DNA from: Octopus sinensis
Lineage: Eukaryota
Length of the DNA: 64,000 bases
Direction: 5' to 3'
Assembly: GCF_006345805.1 (NCBI RefSeq)
Contig: NC_042998.1
Span: 156,488,001-156,552,000 of the forward strand
In this document: piece by piece, positions 26,159 to 38,544 of the stretch
Layout of the letters: each line of letters opens with the position of its first letter
Position numbering within the stretch: position 1 is the first letter of the stretch
Translations under genes and position numbers: made by a program
The notes under the pieces: generated by a model
What the model saw: only the letters and a program-made list of their open reading frames with translations
Told to the model about the DNA's origin: nothing
Databases searched by the model: none

Positions 26159-26837
26159 GAGTGTGGGTGTAAATATTGTTGTATATATCGAGTTTTAGTG
26201 AGTATGTATATGCGTATATGTGAGGGAGCATATGTATCTGTTGTGTGTGTGTGTTTTGCGTGTGTGTGTGTTTGTGTGTGAATGTGTATTTGGGTTTGTT
26301 ATTTAGGATTTGGGATGTATGTGTTAATTTGTCTGTGTGGGGAGGGAGTGGTTTTTGGTGTATATTGAGGTTTATAAGTTAGTATAGGTTTGTGTATAAG
26401 TCTTGGGTCTGTGGTTTACGTGTGGGTTTTTTGTGTGTGAATGTTTAGGTTAGGGGGATTGCTATATAAGTTTGTTATAGGGTTTAGCAAAGGGAGATTT
26501 TATCGTTATATGCTTTTATGAGTTTTGGTTTATCATGGTTTTTTTAGGTAATTTGTGGTATTTTGTCTATTTTAGGTGTTGGTTATTTTTTTACATTGTT
26601 TCATTCATATTTTTGAGTGGTGTTCGTTTTGCCACGTGAATAACCGGGTGGTGGACTAGGGTTGCTTGGAATGTGAATGGAATAGTGTAGTAGTGAGGTA
26701 GGCATAGAGAATGGGATTGGGTTACTGCAAGTTGTTTGTTAGAGATGTTAAGGTGAGTTAAAGCTCATAAATGTATATAATGTTTTTTGTGGGTGTGTAA
26801 GTATTGTTGTATATGTAGAGTTTAGTGAGTATGTATA
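26159..26837 (+). repeat. Direct repeat copy 1 (near-identical to 27356-28035)
   Basis: Base-by-base match with only a few differences seen. Confidence 0.92.
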
Positions 26838-27355
26838 AAATTTCTTTAAACTCATTAGAGCATAAATAACAACAATTAGCTCCTATATTATATGATTTAG
26901 TTTTACAAATTATTTCCCATATTAAACTATAATTAATATTTAGTGATTTAAGACTCCAAATATACTTACTAAGTCCGGTTGAGTTGATTAAGTTTTTATT
27001 TTTAAAAGAATTCATATGTTGTGCAATTCTTAGTTTTATTTTTGAGGAAGTAGAACCTATATAAACCGCTTTTGTGTAATTATTATTCTTAAAGTTATTA
27101 TCATGTAATGTAACTATACATTTATACACTACATCGTTAATATCACAATTAATATTTAATATACAATTAGATTTATCTCTACATGTACAATTAATATAAG
27201 TCTTATCATTATTAATATTATTATCAAATAATTTCTTTTTATAAAAATTATTCAGTTTATATTTATTAAATGAAGAAATAATGTTACCAACATTATTAGT
27301 GGTAGAGTAACCAACTCCAAAATTATTAAAAGAGAAAATGTTTCTATATTTACGA
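26835..27355 (-). repeat. Inverted copy of PLE ORF segment (about 24362-24882)
   Basis: The minus-strand ORF 26758-27129 matches the GIY-YIG part of ORF 23298-24980. Confidence 0.95.
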
Positions 27356-28400
27356 GAGTGTGGGTGTAAATATTGTTGTATATATCGAGTTTTAGTGAGT
27401 ATGTATATGCGTATATGTGAGGGAGCATATGTATCTGTTGTGTGTGTGTGTTTTGCGTGTGTGTGTGTTTGTGTGTGAATGTGTTTTTGGGTTTGTTATT
27501 TAGGATTTGGGATGTATGTGTTAATTTGTCTGTGTGGGGAGGGAGTGGTTTTTGGTGTATATTGAGGTTTATAAGTTAGTATAGGTTTGTGTATAAGTCT
27601 TGGGTCTGTGGTTTACGTGTGGGTTTTTTGTGTGTGAATGTTTAGGTTAGGGGGATTGCTATATAAGTTTGTTATAGGGTTTAGCAAAGGGAGATTTTAT
27701 CGTTATATGCTTTTATGAGTTTTGGTTTATCATGGTTTTTTTAGGTAATTCGTGGTATTTTGTCTATTTTAGGTGTTGGTTATTTTTTTACATTGTTTCA
27801 TTCATAATTTTTGAGTGGTGTTCGTTTTGCCACGTGAATAACCGGGTGGTGGACTAGGGTTGCTTGGAATGTGAATGGAATAGTGTAGTAGTGAGGTAGG
27901 CATAGAGAATGGGATTGGGTTACTGCAAGTTGTTTGTTAGAGATGTTAAGGTGAGTTAAAGCTCATAAATGTATATAATGTTTTTTGTGGGTGTGTAAGT
28001 ATTGTTGTATATGTAGAGTTTAGTGAGTATGTATAGGCGTATATGTGAGGGAGTATATGTATCTTTTGTGTGTGAGTGTTTTGCGTGTGAGTGTGTGTTT
28101 GTGTGTGAATGTGTATATGGGTTTGTTATTTAGGTTTTGGGATGTATGTGTTAATTTGTCTGTGTGGGGAGGGAGTGGGTTTTGGTGTATATTGAGGTTT
28201 ATAAGTTAGTATAGGTATGTGTATAAGTCGTGAGTCTGTGGTTTACGTGTGTGTATTTGTGTGTGAATGTTTAGGTTAGGGGGTTTACTTTATAGGTTTG
28301 TTATAGAGTTTAGCAAAGGGAGATTTTATCGTTATATGTTTTTAAGAGTTTTGTTTTATCATGGTTTTTTTAGGGAATTCGTGGTAATTAGTCTATATTT
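27356..28400 (+). repeat. Direct repeat copy 2 plus a diverged next tandem unit
   Basis: 27356-28035 repeats 26159-26837; a diverged unit restarts near 27987 (period about 630 bp). Confidence 0.88.
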
Positions 28401-28520
28401 TCGATATGGATTATATATAGGTTATATATGGATTATATACTTATATTTTTTCATTTATACTTTAATTATTTAAAAGTATTATTTTTATATTTTATAATTT
28501 TGATTTTTTAGATTGGAAGT

Positions 28521-28563
28521 CCACCTGAAGATTGTCGATCAAGACAAGAAACGATTGTAGTGG
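28521..28563 (+). ncRNA. Type-I minimal hammerhead ribozyme
   Basis: ccac-CTGAAGA-ttgtc(gatcaa)gacaa-GAAA-c(gatt)g-TA-gtgg. Stems I and II are perfectly complementary, the core is canonical, and the cleavage triplet is GUA. Confidence 0.8.
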
Positions 28564-28738
28564 CGGTTTTTTTGACTATTTATTAAATTTTATGTATTGA
28601 TTAAGTCTTTCCTTGTTTGTTTTGCAAAATAGTGGTTTTGTCTCAAATAATATTTTATAATATTTTACTATAAAATTGGATTTAATCCTAAATCTGATTT
28701 TTTTTTCCTGTAAATTGGATATATTCCCTAATATTTAT

Positions 28739-28841
28739 TATATGTATATATATATAGTATATATATATATGTATATATATATATGTATATATATTATGTA
28801 TATATATGTATATATATATATATGTATATATATATAATATG

Positions 28842-28874
<33 letters not shown>

Positions 28875-29035
28875 GTATATATTATATGTATATATATATA
28901 TATGTATTATATATATATATATATATATATAATGTATATATATATGTATGTATATATATATATATATGTATATATATATGTATGTATATATATATATATA
29001 TATTATATGTATAATATATGTATATATATAGTATG

Positions 29036-29066
<31 letters not shown>

Positions 29067-29159
29067 GTATTATATATATATATGTATATATATATGTATA
29101 TATATTATGTATGTATATATATATGTATATATATATATGTATATTATATATATATATGT

Positions 29160-29192
<33 letters not shown>

Positions 29193-29201
29193 GTATATAT
29201 G

Positions 29202-29246
<45 letters not shown>

Positions 29247-29247
29247 C
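28739..29247. repeat. Imperfect (TA)n microsatellite
   Basis: Direct reading. Confidence 0.95.
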
Positions 29248-29849
29248 TTTTTGGCGCCCTCCGATTCTTCCCCTCTCTTCCTCCCATCCTCCTCCCCTCT
29301 TCCTCCCATCCTCCTTAATCCCTTCTTTCTCCTTTTCTCTTGGTCACTGATTCTGTCCCCTGCCTTCCACCCTCTTTGATTCCCTCTCTCTCTGTCTCTC
29401 TTTCTCTCTCTCCTGCGACCTGCTGCTTCTTAAACCATTCTGTTGGCCTTCGTATCTCGACCAACATGTGTCCCCGCTACCGAAACGGTAATTATTTCTA
29501 CGCCAGCTATGTTGTTGTTGTTTTTGTCTCATTTGGTCTAAAGTCGTATGACAACCACCGTTATATATATTTTGTTTATTCATTACTGTTTTCAATTTCG
29601 TTTTCGTCTCTTGTATTCACATCCGTCTTGTGCGTTCACATTCCTGTCTTCTACCAAGAAATCTAATGCTTACAGCTTAGTTTTTTTCTTGGGGCTGGCC
29701 GAGTTGGAGCAAATATCAGAATTGAACAGCCGAAATTTGCTATGATGATTCGGTGTCTGACTGAAGATTGAAGGCTTCGAATGATTTGTCTGTGTTCCGT
29801 GTTCGTCCCTTCCTGTATTTCACGTTCATTATATATAAAAACATTCATT

Positions 29850-29850
<1 letters not shown>
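29248..29850 (+). mobile_element. Possible PLE-like 3' terminal fragment
   Basis: CT-rich tract followed by unique sequence between (TA)n tracts, an architecture like 1800-2545. No coding evidence. Confidence 0.3.
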
Positions 29851-30180
<330 letters not shown>

Positions 30181-30234
30181 TACAAAATACAAAGTTATAT
30201 CTTGATATCGCTAGTGATAACAATACTCAAAATA

Positions 30235-30790
30235 TATAACAGACTGGAATTGTAGGCCCGTCTATTGCAATTTCGATCAATTGTATCTTGTCCTCTCTCT
30301 TGTATAGAAGTGTGGCTACAATCCAGCCTACCTCTACTTTTGGGGGGACATTTTAAATTTTTATCCGGGATGTCCTATGTCCCAGATATAAAGGTAAAAA
30401 TAAAATATTTCCACTTTGCAAGGTTCCAGTTGAGTACCCCCTTGCACGCTCCGTTGACTTGAACCCTCTATTGTGGCGAATTTACCGCCTCTGGTTAGAT
30501 ACTTGATATCTTTCATAGTCGCACCAAGACACTTTTCGATGGTGCTTTCCTCTAGGTGTTCAAATCTTTTTTTTTTCTCTACATTGTATACTTTATAGAC
30601 AATAGTCTTTTCTTTAATTTAATTTTTTATTTCGTTTGGTGGTGTTATCCTAGATTCACTGTCTTTGTCGGTGATCAAACCGAAATAGGTTTGTATTTCT
30701 TCCATTTTAATTTTAATGAGTTCCTGCCGACGGCTGCAGTGAAATTCATTTTTGGACTTTCATCTATCAAAGGCATTTTAACAAAAATAC
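30235..30790 (-). pseudogene. Degenerate coding-like fragment, possibly a retroelement ORF1
   Basis: Manual minus-strand reading across frameshifts: KEKTIVYKVYNV...LEESTIEKCLGATMKDIKYLTRGGKFATIE...LPLYLGHRTSRIKI*NVPPKVEVGWIVATLL. Confidence 0.3.
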
Positions 30791-31409
30791 TTCCGTATAA
30801 ACGGTGAAAATATTGTCAATTTCCCCAAACAGGGACACAATTCAATTTTTAAACAATAACCAAAGCTCCTTCTCCCAAAGGGGGAGGGTTACAGTTTACA
30901 ATTATTTAACAAATGCAACACAACAACGTTTCCCTTTTGAGGAACCAACAAACGTGATAACAATAGTTAAACAGTAATAATAATAACAACAAACCTTACG
31001 GTGCATCAAAAAGCAGTACGCAGTTGAAGCTATAGTCATTTATGTATAAGGAATAAACCAACAGCAGTACTCAGTAGAAGCGGCTGTTCGAGAAAACAGA
31101 TATTACATACAGCCAAACTTCATATAGATACTTAATGCTAGCTAATTAGCAGATAATCTAATGTAAAAGCCAAGGTAAAAGATATGTGCACAGTGCCATC
31201 TGGACTATTCCATTTATGCACGCTAATTTTATTTTTAATTTATTCCCATTCATGTGAAACCACTTATTCAAGTTCAAATCATTGATGCAATTTTATACCA
31301 ATTGCTATTTTTACTTCTGTTATGTTATGATTATATTATACTTTAGTTTGATTTTAATTATTATTTACTACATATAATTCAATTGTTATTATTATCTCTA
31401 ATTTTTATT

Positions 31410-31850
31410 GTTAAAGTGAAAGGATCTGACATAAAATAGAGAAATGTTTTTGTTTCACTTTTAACACGTAATACTGAAATAGTGGAGAAGATATGATATT
31501 GCTATGGGCTCACCCTAGGCAAGAAGTTGAACTTTTTTTTGCCGATGACACTCCCTGGACCCTAAGTAAGGCATGTGTAAAATTTGAATGAAATTGGTTG
31601 TGTAGTTCTCACATTTTAGGGAAATACACAGACAGACACACATTCTCAGTTTTTTATATATAGAGATATATATATAAAATTTTACACATGCCTTACTTAA
31701 GGTCCGGGGAGTGTCATCGGCAAAAAAAATCTTAACTTTTGCCCTAGGGCGACCCCACAGCAATATCATATCTTCTCCACTATTTCAGTATTACGTGTTA
31801 AAAGTGAAACAAAAACATCTCTCTTTTGTAATGCAGACACTTTCACTTTA
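31410..31850. repeat. Inverted repeat (arms about 31410-31585 and 31676-31850) around a Helitron-like 5' end
   Basis: The arms are clearly complementary, e.g. ttttaacacgtaatactgaaatagtggagaagatatgatattgc vs gcaatatcatatcttctccactatttcagtattacgtgttaaaa. The spacer ends acagacagacacac...tatatagagat. Confidence 0.85.
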
Positions 31851-31854
31851 ATAC

Positions 31855-32091
31855 TGAGTGGTCGAGCAGTTGTTTCAGCACCCAGTCATAGTGTTGTAGG
31901 AGCTGAGTTAGGCAGCTTCTTCCTGGTCGGAAACCATGTTGGGTGTCAGACAGCAAGTTATTTTCTTCAAGGAAGGCGATTAGTTTCCTTCTGACTATTC
32001 GTTCCATGACCTTGCTGATGTGTGAGGTGAGAGAGATAGGTCTGTAGTTCTTGGCCTCTGCTCTGCTACCTCCTTTATGAATAGGGCATAT
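31855..32091 (-). mobile_element. CR1 RT internal fragment
   Basis: Matches about 36290-36525 ([16 protein letters not shown] region). Confidence 0.85.
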
Positions 32092-32589
32092 ATATATATA
32101 AAATATACATATATATATATATGTATTTTATATATTTTATTTTTATTTTGTCTAGTTTCAGCTCACGAGCTGTGACCATGCTGGGGCACCGCCATTCGGT
32201 GTTGCTACATGATTTTACTTCACGAATGCTTTTTAGCAATTGACATTTGGTGCATGAGAGAGTTTGATGCAGCAGCCCTCATCTGCACCTCCAGCCATGA
32301 AGTTGGTTCATCTGGGACACCTGACAGGAATAGGTCCAGCTTTATTTTAAAGACATCTGCATCCACTCCATGCAGGTCTCTCAGGTCCTTTAGGGGGATA
32401 TTGAAGAGCTGTGGACCTCTGAAGCCCAGGCTATCACAGTATCTTGTCCTACATCTTGATTGCAAATTTGGAGTCCTTGGCACTATGCCATGGCGCCCAG
32501 TTCTAGTATTTGTGTAACTCTCAATGCCAATGTTTGGGACAAGTCCTTCCAGGATCTTATGGCATATCTTTCTCGCCTACGCTCTAAGG

Positions 32590-35491
32590 CAGGGGTGGGC
32601 AAACTACGGCCCGCCATAGGTTTTCTTGCGGCCCGCCGAGAGCTTTTATGAATCCCAACTTCTATGCAGATACTTCGTAACTGTTTCAGTTATGGTAATT
32701 CACAATAGTTTGCATTTTATTTCAGTTCACTGTTTCGTACCTTCACAAAATTGTCCGCTGTTTGTTTGTTTCAGCTACTGTGAAGCGATGAAAAATTTCG
32801 AGAAATATTCCCATGACATCATAATAAAACACATTTCTGGGTGAAGATATCTTTTCTGTGTTTTCTCGTCAGACCCTACAAACACAAAAATTAATAGAAC
32901 AATGAAACAAGTATTGTGGCAATACAATGAGTCAATCGATATGCTTGAAACATTCAAATAAATAAATCACGTGATAGATGGTGAAGAGGGCATGATGGAC
33001 GATGCGTTTCGTTCCAATGAAGAAGCTGGCCAGGTTAATAAAAGGGCTTGAACCAGCTTTTTCTGGACACAGAGCTGTGGGTGGTTATCATTCACTCTAT
33101 CGATTATTTGAATTTAGTACAGACACGAGTGTTTCAAACTAGCTTTTGTTGTCTGATAAAATTTACCCAAAATGAGTTGTTCGAAGCTATCTAAAAAGCG
33201 AAAAATTGAAGAGGAATGTCGTGTTTTTAATGAAAATTGGACTGAAAAGTATTTCTTTACCGACGTTGGAGTGAAAGCTGCATGTTTAATTTGTTCTGAA
33301 ACAGTTGCTGTGTTCAAGGAATATAATTTGAAACGCCACTTTCAAACGAAGCACGCCAATTTTGGACACAATTTATCAAAACAAGAACTGCAAAAGAAAG
33401 CAAATGATCTGGCAAAACATTTGAAGCAACAGCAAAATGTGTTTGATAAAACTTCCTCTTTACAAAGGAACGCGACAAAGGCAAGTTTTATATTGGCCAA
33501 CAAAATTGCAAAGCAAAACAAGTCATTCGCAGAAGCAGAATTTATCAAAGATTGTATGGTTGATGCTGTCAGCGTTGTGTGTCCTGAAGTTAAATCAAAA
33601 GTAGAAGCCATTTCCCTGTCACGAAGAACTATTGTTCGTCACATTGATGCAATTGCCGTGAATATTCATGAACAGCTGTTAACAGCCAGTGGTCGATTTC
33701 AGTGGTTTTCTATTGCTTTAGATGAGAGTACTGATATTCAGGATACTGCTCAGTTACTCATTTACATCAGAGGAATTGACGAAAACTTTGAAATTACAGA
33801 GGAATTGTTATCTATGGAGTCTCTCAAAGACACTACTACTGGAAAAGATTTGTTCAACAGTGTCATTAACAGTTCAATCAGGTCTGGATTAACCCTAAAT
33901 AAACTGGCCAGCATTACAACCGATGGAGCTCCTTCACTCACCGGTAAACATTCCGGCCTTGTGAAGTTGTTGAATGACAAAATCAAAGAAGATTTTCCAC
34001 TACACAGTGTGTTGTCTTTTCACTGCATCATACATCAAGAAAGCCTTTGTAAGTCATCTTTAAAACTCAAACATGTCATCGAACCTGTGGTACGTGCAGT
34101 GAATTTAATAAGATCACGGGGATTGAAACACAGGCAATTCTGAAGTTTCTTGGAGGATGTGGAGGCTGATTTTACTGATGTGCTGTACTACACAAATGTC
34201 CGCTGGTTAAGCATTGGAAAAGTTCTTAAGAGAGTATGGGACCTCAAAGCAGAGATTCTTATGTTTCTCAAAATGCAAGACATCTCCTGTGACTTTTTAA
34301 ATGAAATGGAGAGTGACGAATGGGTTTGTGATTTTGCATTTGCTGTGGACATAATGCAGAAGCTGAATGAACTTAACACAAAACTGCAAGGCAAAGGTAT
34401 ATTTGCTCATGTTGTACCTGGAAGTGAAAGCTTTTCAATGGAAGCTTGGACTTTTTGCCAAGCAGCTGAATGAGCAAAAATTTATTCACTTCCCTCTGCT
34501 GAAAACACAGTCTGTTACACAAGAATCATCGGACAAGTACAGTTCCCAGTTGATGGCTTTACAAAAGGAATTCATTAGAAGATTTGCTGATTTCAAGGCA
34601 GTTGAAGGCCTGTTCGATTTGCTTAACTCACCTCTTGCCTGTGACATTGAAACAACTACCAAGGAACTGCAGATAGAACTGATTCATTTGCAAGCCGACA
34701 ATTCTTTAAAGATGATGTTTGAAAGTAAACCACTGGTCGAGTTTTATGCTTCTCTACATTCAAAAAAGTTTCAAAATCTAAAAAATTTGTAAGAAAGATG
34801 TTTGTGTTGTTTGCATCAACTTACATATGTGAGCAGACTTTCTCCATCATGAAAATTAACAAGGGGAAGAATCGATCACTTCTCACAGACTCAAATCTTC
34901 AGTCAGTGTTAAGAATCAGCACAAGCAAATTGACACCTAATTTTGACAAACTGGTAAATGACAGTAGTCAGCTGCATCATTCTCATTGACATTGTTATTT
35001 ACAGAGCCGCTTTGTTTTTCAAATAAATGTTTCAGGTGACGTTTCTAATTTCAGATATCAATTCATATTAAAAAACTGTTATTTCTCTTTAAAATCTTTT
35101 ATTTTGGGTATCCTAGAATTTAAGTATAATATTCATCATGGTTGTCCATAATATTAAGAGGTGGTTGTCCACAATTAGTGCAGATGTTACTAGGAAAATT
35201 CCATTCCTGGCAATTTGTAAGCAATAACAGGCTGTCCAAAATAACCGAGGTTCCTGTAATAATTTCAACTATAGGAGCAAATAACCGAAAAACATGAACC
35301 CGATACTCTAAAAAATAAATTAAATCACTTTAACCAGGAATATTTCACAAAATTTCCTTTCAATCAATTGTGTGTTTATAGGTCTATAACCGCCTTTAAA
35401 AATATTTTCACTTGATTTTTATAAATGAGGCCCGCCAATGTTCCAAAGACGCACTGTGCGGCCCGCGATCAAAAAAGTTCGCCCACCCCTG
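32590..35491 (+). mobile_element. hAT-Charlie/SPIN-type (GTF2IRD2/ZBED-like) transposon
   Basis: TIRs CAGGGGTGGGCAAACT/AGTTCGCCCACCCCTG (15/16); perfect 8-bp TSD CTCTAAGG at 32582-32589 and 35492-35499. Confidence 0.96.
33172..34989 (+). pseudogene. Charlie-type transposase pseudogene
   Basis: WTEKYFF..CLIC..KEYNLKRHF (BED-like), SIALDESTD, ITTDGAPS, HCIIHQESLC, VRWLS, FASTYICEQTFS. In-frame TGA at 34141-34143, a frameshift near 34410 and a stop near 34790. Confidence 0.92.
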
Positions 35492-37271
35492 CTCTAAGGA
35501 ATAGAGTCTTAATCTCTTGAGTCTTTCCCAATAGCTTATAGAGGCTATCTTCTTCGTGTAGCTTTGTCGGATCGCCTCAAGTTCTGTGATTAATCTGACT
35601 CGTTGGTGACCATAGCTGAGAGGAATAGTCAAAGTGGCTTAGGACAAGTGTCCTCCAGAGGACCATCACGGTTTCCTGGTCTCTTGTTCTAAAGGCTCTA
35701 AGAATCCATCCGGTCAGCCGCCTACATTTCATTGCCAATTTAGCAACATGCACATGAAAGGTTGCATCATTACTCATGTAAATACCCAGGTCTCACACTG
35801 ATTGTGCCTCTGGGATTGCAATCCCTCCAGGTCCAGTGTATTTATTGGGTATTGCATTTAGTTTTGCATGCTGATAGCATAAAGCTTGAAACTTTTCAGC
35901 ATTGAACTGCATGCTATTCTTTTCAGCCCACTTGTATATTTTGTCCAGCTCACATTGCAGGTGCATAGTGTCTTCAGGGTTCTGTATTGCCTGTGAAACT
36001 TTTGTATCATCTGCATAACTTGTGATTGTGGCTCTCTGCATGGCTGAGGGCATGTCTGAGAGGGCCATTATGAACAGCAGTGATCCCAAAACAGTGCCTT
36101 GCAGAACAGCGCTCACTATTTGCATGTTATTGGAGGTGGCCCCCATTGACTACTACCACCTGACTTCTATCCTTCAGAAAGTCATGAAGCCATTTTCCCA
36201 ATTTTCCAACTATGCCAAGATCACGCAGTTTGTGACATATCGACTTTATCAAAGACCTTTGCAAAGTCTAGATATATCACTTCCACATTTGAGTGGTTGA
36301 GCAGTTGTTTCAGTACCCAGTTATAGTGTTGTAGGAGCTGAGTTAGGCAGCTTCTTCCTGGTCGGAAACCATGCTGGGTGTCAGGCAGCAAGTTATTTTC
36401 TTCAAGGAAGGCGATTAGTTTCCTTCTGACTATTCGTTCCATGACCTTGCTGATGTATGAGGTCAGAGAGATAGGTCTGTAGTTCTTGGCCTCTGCTCTA
36501 CTACCTCCTTTATGAATAGGGCATATTTTACCCTCCTTCGGTTTTCTTGGAAGTTTGCCAGTTGCAAGGAAGCTCTGAAAGAGGAACTGCAGTGGTCTTG
36601 CTAGGACTCGCTTACATACTTTTAGAAGGATTGCTGGGAATCCATCAGGGCCAGTGGCTGGGTTTGGGTTCATTTCATCTTTAGCCCTTATTACATCGTC
36701 TTCCTTTATATTGATGTAATCGATCATTGTTGCCTCTGATTTTATATCTGTAGTGGTAAAGTAGTCAGTTGGATTGCTGACTTGAAAATGCCCTAGGAGT
36801 GGAGTGAAAATACTTTTGAATTGCTCATTTAGTATTTCACTTATCCTCATTGGATTTCCTGTGAGTGTACCATCTCTTTCAAGGAGTGGCTCTATCCTGT
36901 AGTGCACCGTAGCTGTTTCTTTGGCATTGGGCCATCTGACATTGGGCAGATTGAAGTCTCCCATAAGAAGTACACTTATGTGTTGTTCAAATGTGACTAG
37001 AACTTGTATTTTTGTAAGGCAGTCTTGAAACTTGCCTACATGACTTGGAGCATCTGGAGGGCGATATGTAGCACATATAACTACACCAAGTTGCCTTATA
37101 TGTACGATTAGTGTGTCACACACCGAATTTGAGTATGGCAAAAGAACCTGGGGTGTGAGGTCCTTGCAGATGTACATAGCAACTCCACCATGACTCCTTT
37201 CTTTTCTATCGGCGGTCCGTAATACAACATACTGTGGTATGTGTATTTCCGCATCTGCTATATCTGGTTTC

Positions 37272-37274
<3 letters not shown>

Positions 37275-37330
<56 letters not shown>

Positions 37331-37466
37331 TACATATATATATATACATACATATATATATATACATACATATATATATATACATACATATATATACATA
37401 TACATATATACATATACATATATATACATATATATATATATACATATATATATATACATATAGATA
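37275..37466. repeat. (TA)n/(TACA)n microsatellite
   Basis: Direct reading. Confidence 0.9.
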
Positions 37467-38295
37467 TCTCTCTATATATAAACGGCAGTTTGTCTGTCTG
37501 TGTGTCTGTGCGTCTGTGTGTCTGTGCGTCTGTGTGTCTGTTTGGTTGTACCCTCACCCTGACCACGGCTTTCAACCGATTCTGATGAAACTTGACACAC
37601 GCATAGCCCAATGTCATAATTCAAAGCTAACGCAGAGAAAATTTTGAAAAGTTCCCCCAGTTCTGAAAAAAAATCGATAAATTCGACATGGGTCGAGAAT
37701 CTAAGCTTTTTATATGCAACACATTTTCTACAGACTGTCTAGGGGATGCAACTCGACCTTTTTAACTCTCGGGACACATGGGGTAAGTATCCCAAAATGT
37801 ATAAAAATGTACAAAAACGGCAAAAAAGCGGGCAGCAATGTGAGTGACAACAACGAAAAAGTCAAAAGTGACCAAACTGAACAAACGAATGGAAAAGGTT
37901 TTTTGATGCACACGACAAAAGCGGTTTATAATAAACCAAGAGTTTGCAAGTAGCGTCCGAGGACCCTTAGGGTACGTCAAAAATTTAAGGTAAAACGTTT
38001 GGGGTGGTAGTTATAAAGAGAGTGTAAACAAAAAAAAGAATTCAAATAACTTGCAGCTGCAGCAGCTATTAGCAGAAGTGGTGTTGAGGGTAAAGTCTCG
38101 AATGTAATTTCTTCCTGGTAGGAATTGGTTGGGTTGAATTATCGATAGCTGTTTGATAGTTATTTGGGAGTGAAGAGAAGACATTGCAACCTACACATGC
38201 GCCTTTGTTCCCTAGAGGGAAAGGACTAGATTGGGATTAGTTGTTGCCTACTAGGGGCTCTTACATACCCGGGCAACGCCGGGCTATGCTGCTAG
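37467..38295 (+). mobile_element. Non-autonomous Helitron
   Basis: A|TC start; hairpin cccgggcaacgccggg (38268-38283); CTAG|T end. Termini shared with 15629-16084. Confidence 0.82.
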
Positions 38296-38319
38296 TATAC
38301 ATATAGATATATATATATC

Positions 38320-38500
38320 TGTGTGTCCCCCAACTTCGCTTGACAACCGATGATGGTGTGTTTATGTGTCCCCCGTCACTTAGTGGTTCAGCAAAAGAGA
38401 CCGATAGAATAAGTACTAGGCTTACAAAGAATAAGTCCTGGGGTCGATTTGTTTGACTAAAGGCAGTGCTCCAGCATGAAACAAATAAAAGAGTAAAAGA
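38320..38500 (+). mobile_element. SINE 3' fragment
   Basis: Homologous to about 6890-7090. Confidence 0.85.
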
Positions 38501-38544
38501 GAGAGTATATATGTATATATTTATATATATATATATATATATAT

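Larger units (their letters stand above)
23074..28738 (+). mobile_element. Penelope-like retroelement (RT + C-terminal GIY-YIG, tentatively Nematis-type) with long, rearranged 3' region
   Basis: 5'-truncated ORF followed by about 3.7 kb of G/T-skewed 3' sequence with about 630-bp tandem units, an inverted ORF copy and a hammerhead motif. Flanked on both sides by (TA)n. Confidence 0.85.
32135..37274 (-). mobile_element. CR1-clade LINE (partial APE, internal deletion, RT, 3' tail) interrupted by a hAT
   Basis: YRPP and GDFNLP endonuclease motifs fused to pre-RT sequence; [36 protein letters not shown]; 3' tail as at 2660. Colinear across the hAT insertion. Confidence 0.92.

Noticed and set aside
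29755-29800. CTGAAGA...TTCGAA hammerhead-like motif
   Set aside because: GAAA is altered to GAAT and I could not find stem I or stem III pairing.
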